Assembly: GCA_049512815.1 (NCBI GenBank)
Contig: JBEKWS010000008.1
Span: 7,013-71,012, forward strand
DNA length: 64,000 nucleotides
DNA from: Bacteroidales bacterium
GTDB taxonomy: Bacteria; Bacteroidota; Bacteroidia; Bacteroidales; VadinHA17
Reading direction: 5' to 3'
Shown: positions 18,471 through 29,190 of the stretch, piece by piece
Layout of the letters: every line of letters begins with the position of its first letter
Numbering within the stretch: the first letter of the stretch is position 1
Translations under genes and position numbers: made by a program
The notes under the pieces: generated by a model
Databases searched by the model: none
Told to the model about the DNA's origin: nothing
What the model saw: only the letters and a program-made list of their open reading frames with translations

Positions 18471-19505
18471 ATGAAAAAAAAGGTCCTGAGTTTTCTCTTC
18501 TTCATTATTATTTTTTTACCTTCTTTCTCACAAACCGGAGGGGATAATGTTTATGAATTCTTAAACCTCACACATTCCGGACTTGTTGCATCACTTGGCG
18601 GTACAAATGTTTCCTTACAGGGAAACAATCTTAATCTTGCATATCACAATCCGGCTCTTCTTAATTCCGGCATGAATAATAGTCTGGCATTAAATTATGT
18701 AAATTATTTTGCCGGTATCAATTATGGGCTTGCCATTTATTCAAGATCATATCCGGGGACAGGAAACTTTGCTTTAGGTTTAACCTACCTGAATTATGGT
18801 TCTTTTACCGAAACTGATGCTTCCGGAATAATAACAGGCGATTTTACAGCCGCTGAATATGCATTTTCTATGATTTACTCGCGTGAAATTGATTCGCTTT
18901 TCACAGTAGGTGTTAACTTCAAACCCGTATTGTCACATCTTGAGAAATATACTTCATTCGGATTCGCATTTGATTTGGGTGCCTCATGGCACACTAAAAG
19001 CAATCTTTTTTCAGCAGGTATGGTAATTAAAAATGCAGGTTATCAGGTTACTACATATGCCGGCGAACCACATGAAAAATTACCTTTTGAGATACAGGCC
19101 GGTATTTCACAAAGGCTGGCCCATGCTCCTTTTCGTTTCTCATTGACCCTGAGACATCTTGAAAAATTTGATCTTACTTATCAATATAATGATACTGTTT
19201 CAGCAGGAAATAATACTAAGTTATCATCTGACTTTATGGAGAATATCATGAGACATGTCATTCTGGGGGTTGAATTGATCCCTCATAAAAACTTCTATTT
19301 CAGTGCCGGGTACAACTATCAGAGAAGAAGAGAGTTGCAGGTAGATTCAAAAGTTTCAACAGTTGGATTTTCGTGGGGGTTCGGAATAAATACATCAATG
19401 ATGAATATTGAGTTCGGAAGGGCAACATATCATCTGGCAGGATCTTCAAGTAGTATCTCCTTAATTTTAGAACCGGATCTTTTTTATAAAAAGTATCGGA
19501 ATTAA
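18471..19505 (+). CDS. porQ: PorQ-like type IX secretion outer-membrane protein. ATG at 18471; the track starts at a TTG at 18462.
   Basis: Signal peptide, GGDNVYEFLNL...ASLGG N-terminus, beta-barrel-like sequence and synteny with cmk. Recognised from memory and not verified. Confidence 0.5.
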   Translation: MKKKVLSFLFFIIIFLPSFSQTGGDNVYEFLNLTHSGLVASLGGTNVSLQGNNLNLAYHNPALLNSGMNNSLALNYVNYFAGINYGLAIYSRSYPGTGNFALGLTYLNYGSFTETDASGIITGDFTAAEYAFSMIYSREIDSLFTVGVNFKPVLSHLEKYTSFGFAFDLGASWHTKSNLFSAGMVIKNAGYQVTTYAGEPHEKLPFEIQAGISQRLAHAPFRFSLTLRHLEKFDLTYQYNDTVSAGNNTKLSSDFMENIMRHVILGVELIPHKNFYFSAGYNYQRRRELQVDSKVSTVGFSWGFGINTSMMNIEFGRATYHLAGSSSSISLILEPDLFYKKYRN

Positions 19506-19661
19506 ACATTTCTTGTTAAATAATGGTTTATTTATAACCTTTGTGACATCTTTGCACGGAGCGCAGAACACAGGGCACAGAGTAAAGAGCAAGGTGCATA
19601 GAGCACACCCTGAGCCCTGGGCAATGAAAATAGTAAGAAAAACAAGGGTAAGAAGACATGT

Positions 19662-20357
19662 ATGGAGAAAAGACTAATTATAGCAATTGACGGTTATTCT
19701 TCGTGTGGAAAGAGCACATTTGCCAGATTAATTGCTAAAGAACTGAATTACATTTTTATTGATAGCGGAGCGATGTACCGTGCAGTGACACTCTATTGCA
19801 TGAGGAAAAGTTTTATTAGTAATGTGGGGTTGAATACACCGGGAATTCTCTCGGAACTTAAGGATATTCACATAGATTTTGTTTTTAATCCTGACATTAA
19901 CGAATATGAGACTTTCCTAAACTCCGAGAATGTTGAAAAGGAGATAAGAAATATGGTAGTTACAGCTCATGTAAGCAGGATAAGTCAGATACCTGAAGTA
20001 CGGGCCCGATTGGTTGAGTTGCAAAGGCAGATAGGTGTTACCAAAGGAATTGTAATGGATGGCAGGGATATTGGTACAGTTGTTTTTCCGGATGCGGATA
20101 TAAAAATCTTCATGACAGCCTCAGTCGATATCAGGGCTAAAAGAAGATATGATGAGTTGAAAGGGAAAGGTATAGTCATTGATTTTGAAGAGATTAAAAG
20201 AACTATAATAGCTCGCGATATTGCTGATGAAAACAGGGATATAAGTCCGCTCAGAAGAGCTGAAGACGCTGTTATTCTCGATAACAGCAGAATGACAGTA
20301 GAAGAACAGATGTCATGGGTAAAAAAGATCATCGAAAAGAAGAGAGATGGTTGTTGA
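19662..20357 (+). CDS. cmk: Cytidylate kinase
   Basis: P-loop IAIDGYSSCGKST and the DSGAMYR motif. Confidence 0.9.
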   Translation: MEKRLIIAIDGYSSCGKSTFARLIAKELNYIFIDSGAMYRAVTLYCMRKSFISNVGLNTPGILSELKDIHIDFVFNPDINEYETFLNSENVEKEIRNMVVTAHVSRISQIPEVRARLVELQRQIGVTKGIVMDGRDIGTVVFPDADIKIFMTASVDIRAKRRYDELKGKGIVIDFEEIKRTIIARDIADENRDISPLRRAEDAVILDNSRMTVEEQMSWVKKIIEKKRDGC

Positions 20358-21222
20358 AATTGATAAACAGTCGGGGTTCTGTTTTGGTGTTCAAAATGCT
20401 GTTGAGATAACAGAAAAAGCTCTTTCAAAAGGGGAAAAGGTTTTTTCACTTGGCCCGATCGTTCATAATGATAAGGAAGTTGATCGCCTTTCATCTCTTG
20501 GTCTGGTATCAATAGATCACGAAGAGTTCAGAAACCTGAAGGATTGTAAAGTCCTTATCAGGGCTCATGGAGAACCTCCTGAAACATATTTAATTGCTGA
20601 AAAAAACAACATTACAATAATTGAGGCTACATGTCCTATTGTAAAAAAGTTGCAATCAAAAATCAGGGAGACCTGGATTAAAACCAAGGAAGGTGAAGGA
20701 CAAGTCGTAATATTTGGCAAGCCAGGTCATGCTGAAGTGGTCGGATTGCTTGGCCAGATAAATAATGAAGGGATTCTTGTCTCCGGGCCTGATGATTTCG
20801 GGAAGATTGATATTTCTAAGCCAGTATATCTTTTTGCTCAAACAACAATGAGTGTAAAAGAATACAGTAACCTTACAGATACTCTGCGTTCAAAAATGGA
20901 AGAAAACGGGATATTGGATCCGGATAAAAGCCTGATAATAAATAAAACAATCTGTGGTCAGGTCTCAAACCGGGAGCCACATCTTAAGGCGTTTGCTAAA
21001 AAACACGATACCATAATTTTTGTCAGCGGCCGGGAAAGTTCCAATGGTAAAATGCTCTATTCTGTATGTAAAAATGTGAATCCGGATACACATTTTGTTT
21101 CTGCTCATGAAGAACTTGAAAAATCATGGTTCAAAGGTAAAAATTCAGTAGGGATCTGTGGCGCAACTTCCACACCAAAATGGCTCATCGAAAACATACG
21201 GGATATCATTTCAAATATCTGA
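20347..21222 (+). CDS. ispH: 4-hydroxy-3-methylbut-2-enyl diphosphate reductase
   Basis: LytB hallmarks (GFCFGVQNAV, HNDKEV, SSNGKML). Overlaps cmk by 11 nt. Confidence 0.9.
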   Translation: MVVEIDKQSGFCFGVQNAVEITEKALSKGEKVFSLGPIVHNDKEVDRLSSLGLVSIDHEEFRNLKDCKVLIRAHGEPPETYLIAEKNNITIIEATCPIVKKLQSKIRETWIKTKEGEGQVVIFGKPGHAEVVGLLGQINNEGILVSGPDDFGKIDISKPVYLFAQTTMSVKEYSNLTDTLRSKMEENGILDPDKSLIINKTICGQVSNREPHLKAFAKKHDTIIFVSGRESSNGKMLYSVCKNVNPDTHFVSAHEELEKSWFKGKNSVGICGATSTPKWLIENIRDIISNI

Positions 21223-21298
21223 CTATTGGAAAGTTCCTTCATTTGTATGGCTGAAAAAATTGTTTTACCTTTGATGCCTTATTTTACAAATATTATTT

Positions 21299-22279
21299 AT
21301 GGGAAGAATTAAAAGAATCGGGGTGCTGACATCAGGAGGAGATGCCCCGGGAATGAATGCAGCTATCCGTGGTGTAGTAAGGACCGCCGTTTATAATGGA
21401 CTGGATGTAATCGGAATTCGTCAAGGCTACCAGGGTATGATAGATGCAAACTTTATACCTCTTCAGTCTTCTAGTGTAAGCGATATTATACAGAGAGGTG
21501 GAACAATACTGAAAACTGCCAGATGTGAGGAATTCAAATCTCCTGAAGGCAGACTCAAAGCATATAATAACCTGAAGGAAGCTCAGATTGACGGAGTTGT
21601 GGTAATTGGCGGAGACGGATCATTTACCGGCGGTAGAATATTCAATGAAGAGTATGATATACCTTTTGTCGGGATACCAGGAACAATTGATAATGATATT
21701 TATGGTACTGACTATACGATTGGTTACGATACTGCTCTGAATACCGTTGTAGAAGCTGTTGATAAGATAAGGGATACAGCCAGTGCTCATAACAGGATGT
21801 TTTTTGTTGAAGTGATGGGCGCAGAAGCCGGGTTCATAGCTCTTTATAGCGGAATTGCTACGGGGGCTGAAGCAATCATCATACCCGAAATAAAGGGAGC
21901 AGAACAAGACATGAAAGCGATGATAGCAGCAGGCAACACGCGCAAGAAATCAAGCAATATTATTATTGTTGCAGAAGGCCACAAGGAAGGAGGCGCTTTT
22001 GCCATGGCCGAAAAAGTGAAAGATGATTTTAAAGAATATGATGTCAGAGTATCAGTGCTGGGACATCTTCAGCGTGGAGGATCTCCTTCAGCAATTGACA
22101 GGGTCAATGCAAGCCGCCTGGGACATGCTGCAGTTGAAGCCCTTATCGATGACCAGAAAAGTGTAATGGTTGGAATAATGAGTGGCGAGATAACACTTGT
22201 TCCATTCCGCAGAGCAGTAAAACTTCATAAAGATGTTAACCACGACCTTGTGGATTTAGCGAAGATATTGTCGGTATAG
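21299..22279 (+). CDS. pfkA: ATP-dependent 6-phosphofructokinase
   Basis: GVLTSGGDAPGMNAAIR, GGDGS and PGTIDND motifs. Confidence 0.9.
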   Translation: MGRIKRIGVLTSGGDAPGMNAAIRGVVRTAVYNGLDVIGIRQGYQGMIDANFIPLQSSSVSDIIQRGGTILKTARCEEFKSPEGRLKAYNNLKEAQIDGVVVIGGDGSFTGGRIFNEEYDIPFVGIPGTIDNDIYGTDYTIGYDTALNTVVEAVDKIRDTASAHNRMFFVEVMGAEAGFIALYSGIATGAEAIIIPEIKGAEQDMKAMIAAGNTRKKSSNIIIVAEGHKEGGAFAMAEKVKDDFKEYDVRVSVLGHLQRGGSPSAIDRVNASRLGHAAVEALIDDQKSVMVGIMSGEITLVPFRRAVKLHKDVNHDLVDLAKILSV

Positions 22280-22292
22280 AAAAATTCATTGT

Positions 22293-23411
22293 ATGTCTGC
22301 ATCAAAAGTTTATTTCACCAACCTCAGGGCAAAACCATCACAAAACCTCTTAAAAAAGCTTGATACACTTATTGTTAAAGCCGGAATCGATAAAATTGAT
22401 TTCCAAAAAAAAATAGTAGCAATAAAATTGCATTTCGGAGAACCAGGAAACCTGGCCTACCTGAGGCCTAACTATGCTGCCCGGATAGTAAAGTTCTTAA
22501 AAGCGAAAGAGGCTATACCGTTTCTGACTGATTGCAATACCCTTTATTATGGAAGGCGTTCAAATGCTCCCATGCATCTTGAGGCAGCTTTTGAGAATGG
22601 ATATAATCCACTGGTTACCAATTGTCCGGTTATAATCGGTGATGGAATTAAAGGAACAGATTACCGTGAAATTGAATTAAACCTTGAATACTGCGACATC
22701 GCAAAGATTGGAAGTGCAATAGCCGATTCAGATGTAATTATTTCAATGACCCATTTCAAAGGGCATGAATTGACAGGATTTGGCGGAGCTCTGAAGAATC
22801 TTGGAATGGGTTGTGCATCAGTTGGCGGTAAGCTATTTCTCCATTCAGGTTCTTCGCCTGAAATTTTTGAAGAGAATTGTACAGGATGCAGGGTGTGCGA
22901 GAAATATTGTGCCCATGATGCCATTGAAGTTGGTAACGACAAGATAGCACATATTGATTATGTTAAATGCGTTGGTTGTGGACAGTGTGTTGCTGTATGT
23001 CAGTATGATTCTGCAAGAGTTGTCTGGCAAAATTCATCTGAAACAGTCTGTAAAAGAGTTGCTGAATATTCTTTAGCTGTTGTTAAGGATAAACCCTCAT
23101 TCCATATTAATTTTATAATGAATGTCTCACCCAATTGTGATTGTTGGGGTTTTAATGATTATCCATTGGTACCTGACCTTGGAATAGCTGCATCATTCGA
23201 TCCTGTTGCACTTGATCAGGTATGTGCCGATATGGTCAAATCAGCACCTGCACTGCCGGGGAGCAGGATTTGCGATGATCATAAAGAAAACAATATGACT
23301 GGTGAAGATAAATTCAAAAAGGCACATCCGGACACATTCTGGCAAGCCGGTCTTGAGCATGCCGTAAAGATAGGGCTTGGAAATACAGAGTATGAATTGA
23401 TAACCGTTTAA
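22293..23411 (+). CDS. DUF362 domain protein with an inserted 2x[4Fe-4S] ferredoxin domain
   Basis: CTGCRVCEKYC and CVGCGQCVAVC motifs within a DUF362-like scaffold. Confidence 0.7.
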   Translation: MSASKVYFTNLRAKPSQNLLKKLDTLIVKAGIDKIDFQKKIVAIKLHFGEPGNLAYLRPNYAARIVKFLKAKEAIPFLTDCNTLYYGRRSNAPMHLEAAFENGYNPLVTNCPVIIGDGIKGTDYREIELNLEYCDIAKIGSAIADSDVIISMTHFKGHELTGFGGALKNLGMGCASVGGKLFLHSGSSPEIFEENCTGCRVCEKYCAHDAIEVGNDKIAHIDYVKCVGCGQCVAVCQYDSARVVWQNSSETVCKRVAEYSLAVVKDKPSFHINFIMNVSPNCDCWGFNDYPLVPDLGIAASFDPVALDQVCADMVKSAPALPGSRICDDHKENNMTGEDKFKKAHPDTFWQAGLEHAVKIGLGNTEYELITV

Positions 23412-23559
23412 TAATTAAGAAGTTAAACTAATTACCACTAAGACACAATGACTCCAAGGTACGTTAGAGCTTAGCTATAAATATTAATTCTTAGTGAAAC
23501 TTTGTGCCTTATTGCCTTGGTGGCAAAAAAAATACCACCGGAAATAACTTAAAGACTTC

Positions 23560-24408
23560 ATGAATGCTAAAGTAAGTATAGCCCGTCTTTCAATAATATC
23601 CAATACTTTGCTGATTTTAATCAAGTTGGCAGTTGGACTGATCAGCGGGTCGGTAAGTATAATATCTGAAGCAATCCATTCTTCAATGGATCTGATTGCT
23701 GCTATAATTTCTTTCCTGTCGGTCAGGGTTTCGGATAATCCTCCTGATTCGAGACATCCTTACGGACATGGAAAGATTGAAAATATTTCAGGAGTGATTG
23801 AAGCCCTGCTTATTTTTATTGCTGCTGTCTGGATTATTATCGAAGCTGCCAGAAAACTCTTTGGCGGGAAAATTGAACTCGATTCTATCCTCCTGGGTTC
23901 AACAGTAATGCTCATCTCAGCAATTGTCAATACTATTGTTTCAAGAAGACTATATAAGGTAGCACGCTTAACAAACTCAGTGGCGCTGGAAGCTGATGCC
24001 CTTCATCTTAAAACTGACATTTTCACTTCACTGGGAGTTGCAATAGGTCTTGGTCTGATTATGGTTACAGGAATTAACTGGTTAGATCCTGTAATCGCAA
24101 TTCTTGTTGCCATGTTTATAATAAAAGAAGCATATCATCTTCTGAGGAGGGCCTTCACTCCTCTTCTCGATGCAGCATGGAGCGATAGTGAGATTGACGA
24201 GCTTGAGAAAACATTAAGCCGGCTAGGGGTGAGTTATCATAATCTCAGGACGAGAGTTGCCGGAAACTACCGTTTTGTAGATATTCATATTCAGATTCCT
24301 GAAGATGTGTCAGTTGGAAATGCCCACAAATACTGTGACAAAATAGAAAATGAGCTTACCGGCAACTATGAAAATCTGACTGTGACAATTCACGTGGAAC
24401 CAAGCTAA
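23560..24408 (+). CDS. Cation diffusion facilitator (CDF) family metal efflux transporter
   Basis: Six TM helices, HSSMDLIAA / HLKTD metal-site motifs and a cytoplasmic C-terminal domain. Confidence 0.85.
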   Translation: MNAKVSIARLSIISNTLLILIKLAVGLISGSVSIISEAIHSSMDLIAAIISFLSVRVSDNPPDSRHPYGHGKIENISGVIEALLIFIAAVWIIIEAARKLFGGKIELDSILLGSTVMLISAIVNTIVSRRLYKVARLTNSVALEADALHLKTDIFTSLGVAIGLGLIMVTGINWLDPVIAILVAMFIIKEAYHLLRRAFTPLLDAAWSDSEIDELEKTLSRLGVSYHNLRTRVAGNYRFVDIHIQIPEDVSVGNAHKYCDKIENELTGNYENLTVTIHVEPS

Positions 24409-24581
24409 AGAACATCATTTGTTTTCTTCCTGTACATTCCTGCCACAGAATTCCTGTCATTTTCACACTCTTTTATTACTGGTATAAGATCTTTACCATC
24501 CAGCTTGAATTTTTCAGGGATGTATCTTGTATCTTTATATCATAATTTTTTCCAACTGTAGAATATTTTAAAACTTTGATT

Positions 24582-25034
24582 ATGTCACTTACCAAGAAAA
24601 TTTCCAGCGATCTTATAACGGCAATGAAAGCAAAGGATAAAGTTGTCCTTGAAGCAATAAGGGCTGCAAAAACAGCATTTACCCTTGCCCGTACCGAGAA
24701 AAGCGGGGATACTGTGCTGAGCGCTGAAGAGGAATTGAAAATCATTCAGAAGTTGGTTAAGCAAAGAAGGGAATCGGCGGCCATTTATAAGGAGCAAAAC
24801 AGACCGGATTTATATGAGAAAGAGATTACTGAAGCAGAGGTTCTTGAGAAATATCTGCCTGCTAAAATGGGTGATGAAGAGCTATTGAATATTATTAAAG
24901 GGATTATTGCCCGAGTAGGTTCGAAATCCCAGGCGGATATGGGCAAAGTTATGGGTGTTGCTGCAAAAGAGCTGGCAGGAAAGGCCGATGGAAAAGAGAT
25001 ATCAGATAAAGTGAAACAATTGCTCGGTTCATAG
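24582..25034 (+). CDS. GatB/YqeY domain protein. ATG at 24582; the track starts at a TTG at 24576.
   Basis: MSLTKKISSDLITAMKAKDK...EAEVLEKYLP is typical of the YqeY family. Confidence 0.8.
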   Translation: MSLTKKISSDLITAMKAKDKVVLEAIRAAKTAFTLARTEKSGDTVLSAEEELKIIQKLVKQRRESAAIYKEQNRPDLYEKEITEAEVLEKYLPAKMGDEELLNIIKGIIARVGSKSQADMGKVMGVAAKELAGKADGKEISDKVKQLLGS

Positions 25035-25119
25035 AGCATCTCTCGATATACCGCTTTGTCTGTGCAAGGTAGCTTCTAACGAAAGCAGGTAAGGAGTAAA
25101 TGACATTCAGGCAGCCAGG

Positions 25120-25455
25120 TTATATAGTCAATATTTTTTCTCCGGATTTAATATAATCAGTCAATGGTTCACCCATATATCTCACACTAATTCCAAGTTT
25201 TGTTAATTTATCTGTAACTTCAAAATTGTCGGAGCATTCTTTACAGGCTTCAATCCGAACACCTTGATTAATCATTTCGATTATCTCGGTTTGTACCTGG
25301 GCATCAGATGCAACTAATTTTGCAGAGGCTCCCCATATAATCACATTAACATTTTGCCACCAATTATTGATTTTAGAGTTAATAGCGTACATCGCTAACA
25401 TATTAATTACGGTATCTTTATTGTCAGTTGTCCAAAGAATATTTAATTTATCCAT
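25120..25455 (-). CDS. DsrE/DsrF-like family protein
   Basis: Size and overall pattern only (111 aa, conserved Cys in EACKEC). Confidence 0.45.
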   Translation of the reverse strand: MDKLNILWTTDNKDTVINMLAMYAINSKINNWWQNVNVIIWGASAKLVASDAQVQTEIIEMINQGVRIEACKECSDNFEVTDKLTKLGISVRYMGEPLTDYIKSGEKILTI

Positions 25456-25472
25456 AGTCTGGTTCTATTATA

Positions 25473-25892
25473 TTATTCTATTGAAATTTTATGCCCTTTG
25501 TCTTCGAGTGCTTTTATTGCATTATTTAATTCTTTTTGTTTAACTAATATATAGTCAGTATCGTAAGTCGATATTGTAAAAATAGAAATTTTTTTCTCTT
25601 TGAGAATTTCAGATATATCAGCTATTATCCCAATGAAAGAAAGATCCAAAGGTCCAACAGTTTTAAAAATTCTCCAGTCTTTACTACAGATAATATCTTC
25701 TGCAATAAAATCAGTTTGGGTAGTAATTACAGATAACTCATCTTTTGTTTTAGTTATTGAGTAAAAATCAGACAAATAAATCCAGTCAGGCAAAACACAA
25801 TCAATCTGAAATTTATAAATTGAATATTTCTTTGCTAATACTATTAAATTCATTGTCATCGATATATTTTTGGCTAAGTTACTATTTCCCAA
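25473..25892 (-). CDS. ACT-domain-like small protein. The true start may be M12 or M14.
   Basis: Weak resemblance to ACT_7-type proteins. No strong motif. Confidence 0.35.
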   Translation of the reverse strand: MGNSNLAKNISMTMNLIVLAKKYSIYKFQIDCVLPDWIYLSDFYSITKTKDELSVITTQTDFIAEDIICSKDWRIFKTVGPLDLSFIGIIADISEILKEKKISIFTISTYDTDYILVKQKELNNAIKALEDKGHKISIE

Positions 25893-25977
25893 TTATTTCA
25901 AGCGCATACCTTATTTCTGCATTGGGGTCAAATTTATATTCTAACAACTTACGGTAAGTGATTAAATAATCCGGGAT

Positions 25978-26997
25978 TTAAACTCCATTTTTAATTTTAT
26001 CGGAAAATGAAGTATAGTATTTGCATGCAACCCATCCGTTTAACCCGGTATTATCTAACTTATAATTTAATATCCAGCCTGCATTGTTTCCCGCCTGACT
26101 TGAAGGTGTCCCGATTAATACTGCCCCCATCTCATGCAGCATTTTCATCATTGTAAAAAATTTTGCCCCATTTAGCTGATACTCATTTTCAAGTCCAACC
26201 AATTCAAAGTTTTCACGGAAACCGCCCATACCGTCAACTTTTAAAATCGCAATTTTAGGATTGTTTTCTAAAAAGCCATAATTAAATTCGCATTTTTCTG
26301 TAGAGGGTAAATTAATTTTTGTCTTGGTTGATATCAGAGGATTGTTCATTTGAAGAATAGTACTTAGCCCAATTTCTTTTTCTTCACCAGATGGTAATTT
26401 CAATTTAACAGTGATGCTATCATTATTTTGCCATTCCGGTATCAAATCCTGTAATTGTTCTTTATACCATAAATAGTCTTTCCCTTCCAAAAGTGTCAAT
26501 CCTCCGTATTCGTTATCGACACCTCTTAAACTGATTACCCGTGTATAAATATCCTGAAATGAAATGTTTTAAACTGATAATAATATTGAGCCAATCAAAT
26601 ATTCATTTTTTGGATCTGTTACACCAGCTACATAAAGAGAATGCTCAATTATTTTAAATAGAAGAGGGATTCCCCCGGGTTGTTTATCATTCCTTTCATA
26701 AGAGACATGAATTCTTGTATGTCCATCACCTACAGATGCTACGAAAGGGAGTAATAATTTTTGAAATTTGCTCTTTGTCATTCCGGAATCAGGAATAGAA
26801 ATCATAAGTTTATGAAGTCTCTCATGGAAAGCTATCTTTCCTCCGCCTCTAATGTATGGATCTGGATGAGATGTTTCTAAAATATCCGACAACTGCCTTA
26901 TATCTTGAATAAGTAAGTCTTTGCTAATTCTTTGTGAATAAATAACACCAATAAAACTGCAAAATAGTAGTGTTATTAAAAAGCTTTTGGGTTTCAT
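25978..26997 (-). pseudogene. Split or degraded secreted peptidase-like gene (S41-like N-terminus), now two ORFs
   Basis: ORFs 26569-26997 (signal peptide, tail-specific-protease-like N-domain) and 25978-26499 are collinear but interrupted. No complete catalytic domain is visible. Confidence 0.35.
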
Positions 26998-27030
26998 ATT
27001 TCCCCTTTTTAAATAATGGACAACCTTTTT

Positions 27031-27297
27031 TTATTTCATTAGTTTGTGTTTTATCAAAAATTCATCAACAAAAGTGAATATATCATCATTGTACATTCTT
27101 GCATGTTTCTTGCATGTTTCATCGAAGAAGTGGCCTTTTCCTTCAAATCTTATCAAGTCCATATGATTTCCGGCTTTTTTTGTATTATAAAGAAATTGTT
27201 CATCTGTCCAGTAAGGAACAATATCATCCTCCGTTCCATGAAATACTAACATAGGCGGCAGCCCTCCTTTAATGTTGTGAAACGGGTCAATGTTCAA
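27031..27297 (-). pseudogene. C-terminal fragment of an alpha/beta hydrolase
   Basis: Only the last 88 aa remain (PPMLVFHGTEDDIVPY ... GKGHFF, a catalytic His region). Upstream sequence reads as an out-of-frame continuation. Confidence 0.5.
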
Positions 27298-27403
27298 TAT
27301 TTCAGATCTGCGATGAATAATTAGCTATTGAACCAGGAATCTTCTGTAACATTATAACATGCAGACCACAAAATAATTGCGTTGGGTTTTGAAGAAATAT
27401 TAA

Positions 27404-27446
27404 AAATGCCGTTCAGATTATGTAGTCATGAATTTCCAAACGGCAT
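27404..27446 (-). terminator. Possible intrinsic terminator after the DUF4097 operon
   Basis: aatgccgtt (27404-27412) pairs with aacggcatt (27438-27446), followed by a T-run on the minus strand. The loop is long (25 nt). Confidence 0.4.
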
Positions 27447-27461
27447 TGGTCAACTAAAACC

Positions 27462-28289
27462 CTATTTTCCGGCTTTTTTCACATAAATATTCCCCTGCAT
27501 GTTTTTCATAAGCATCTCAGGGCCACCGCCATTGATCTTCCCATAAACCCAGTCATCTTTTTTGATTTTATACAATCCGGGTTCAGTAGTCTTATCTATT
27601 TTGGCCGGAGTTTTATCAATATCTACATCGAAATCGCTGAATACATCTCCATTATCTGACTTTAATTTCAGATTGGCTTTTGTATCTGCCGGAAGAGTAA
27701 CATTGACGTCGCCATTAAGAGTTGAGAATGCCATCGGGGCTTTCGGATCAACAGTTTTAAAAGTCACATTTACATCTCCGTTCACTGTATTGGCAACTAC
27801 TGATCCTGAAATATTGGTAAGGGTGATCTTGTCATTCACATTATTCACTTCCAGTTCACCACGTACATTTTCAACTGCTACCTCACCATCGTTTACCGTA
27901 CCTAATTTAAGCTTCACATCCTGTGGAATTTTAAGGTCAAGATCAACAGCCCTGTTGGGATTGCCTGTATTCACTGTGACAGTATTATCGGCCTCCTTCG
28001 CAGTGATTTCAAAGCCGCCGGGTGTCGAAATACGTTTCATACCGTTTTCAGATGTTTTCGATCCTTCCTCGTTGTCGCCCGTCCTGGGAGAAGCATTGAT
28101 TACGATGTCTTTCCCGTCATAGCCGGTAACCTTAATTGATCCTGTTACCAGATGCACTTTTAAGGAGTATGGTTTCCCGGGGCTGCTTAATGGCACAGTT
28201 AATGTTTCAGTTGAACCCGATTGTGCTAGAGATTTTGTTGCGATCATAAGGCTTAGTAATACCAGGCCCGCAATTTTCATGTTTTTCAT
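27462..28289 (-). CDS. DUF4097-like beta-strand repeat protein (putative adhesin fold), secreted
   Basis: Signal peptide and repeated GD/GS-V-x-V strand motifs (NGDVNVT, GSIKVTG). Confidence 0.65.
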   Translation of the reverse strand: MKNMKIAGLVLLSLMIATKSLAQSGSTETLTVPLSSPGKPYSLKVHLVTGSIKVTGYDGKDIVINASPRTGDNEEGSKTSENGMKRISTPGGFEITAKEADNTVTVNTGNPNRAVDLDLKIPQDVKLKLGTVNDGEVAVENVRGELEVNNVNDKITLTNISGSVVANTVNGDVNVTFKTVDPKAPMAFSTLNGDVNVTLPADTKANLKLKSDNGDVFSDFDVDIDKTPAKIDKTTEPGLYKIKKDDWVYGKINGGGPEMLMKNMQGNIYVKKAGK

Positions 28290-28300
28290 AATTGTATGGA

Positions 28301-29167
28301 TTAAGATTGTTTTTTAATATAGACGTTCCCGTTAAGCGTTTCGAATTTAAATATCTTACCTCCCTTGCCAAAACGGACGGAAGTAATTGCGTTGAGTTTG
28401 TAGACTATCCCATCACCTTTCTTTTCCTGGACTTTCGTAACCGTAGCCGGCAATCGTTCCACCTCTTGAAAATCAGTATAGAAATCCCCGTTCATGCTTT
28501 TAAACTGAAGATCTGCTGAAAGACCTGGCTGATAGCTTACACGGATATTACCGTTAATTGTGTAGTAAGATGATTCTTCAGGAGGATTAGTCAGATAATT
28601 GACAGATACATCTCCATTTATGGTATGAGCATAAGTTGTTCCTTTTGCATTTTTAACTGATATTTCTTCGTTCACATTATTTATATTCAGTGTTCCGCTG
28701 ACATTATTTACCGTGATAATCCCATCATTTACAGTTGAGATATGAAGGTTCATGCCGAATGGCACTTTAACCGTAAAATCAACATTATAATCATAATCGA
28801 TTTCACGACGGTCATCATTATATTGCCAACGTCTGCGCGGACGCGAATCATATGGCTCTGCTATATAGGCCATTATGGTATCTGTTCTTTCGTCGAAAGC
28901 AAGTCTGAATTCCTTCTTACCCGTTTCCAGAGTTTTATCATCATCTGCAGTAATGGTCTTATCCATTTCAAGCAAGACCTTATTTCCGGCATAACCTTCC
29001 ACCTTTATAAAACCTGAAATATTATAAATGAACAGTGTACTTCCGGTAGCATCTTTGGAAAGATTAAATTCTTTTCTGATATGCTCTTTAAATTCCCGGG
29101 CATTTGCCTTCTGAATGGCGCATATGATTCCCAATCCCATTAAAAGGGTGATTATTTCTTTTTTCAT
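28301..29167 (-). CDS. DUF4097-like beta-strand repeat protein, second paralog
   Basis: Same repeated NG-D/I-I-x-V motifs and a signal peptide. Confidence 0.65.
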   Translation of the reverse strand: MKKEIITLLMGLGIICAIQKANAREFKEHIRKEFNLSKDATGSTLFIYNISGFIKVEGYAGNKVLLEMDKTITADDDKTLETGKKEFRLAFDERTDTIMAYIAEPYDSRPRRRWQYNDDRREIDYDYNVDFTVKVPFGMNLHISTVNDGIITVNNVSGTLNINNVNEEISVKNAKGTTYAHTINGDVSVNYLTNPPEESSYYTINGNIRVSYQPGLSADLQFKSMNGDFYTDFQEVERLPATVTKVQEKKGDGIVYKLNAITSVRFGKGGKIFKFETLNGNVYIKKQS

Positions 29168-29190
29168 AATCGGTTATGTAATAATTGTTT

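Noticed and set aside
23412-23559. A metal-sensing (czcD/NiCo-type) riboswitch upstream of the CDF transporter.
   Set aside because: I cannot recognise the conserved junction nucleotides by eye. The region looks like another member of the GC-rich island family with simple inverted repeats. It needs an Rfam scan.
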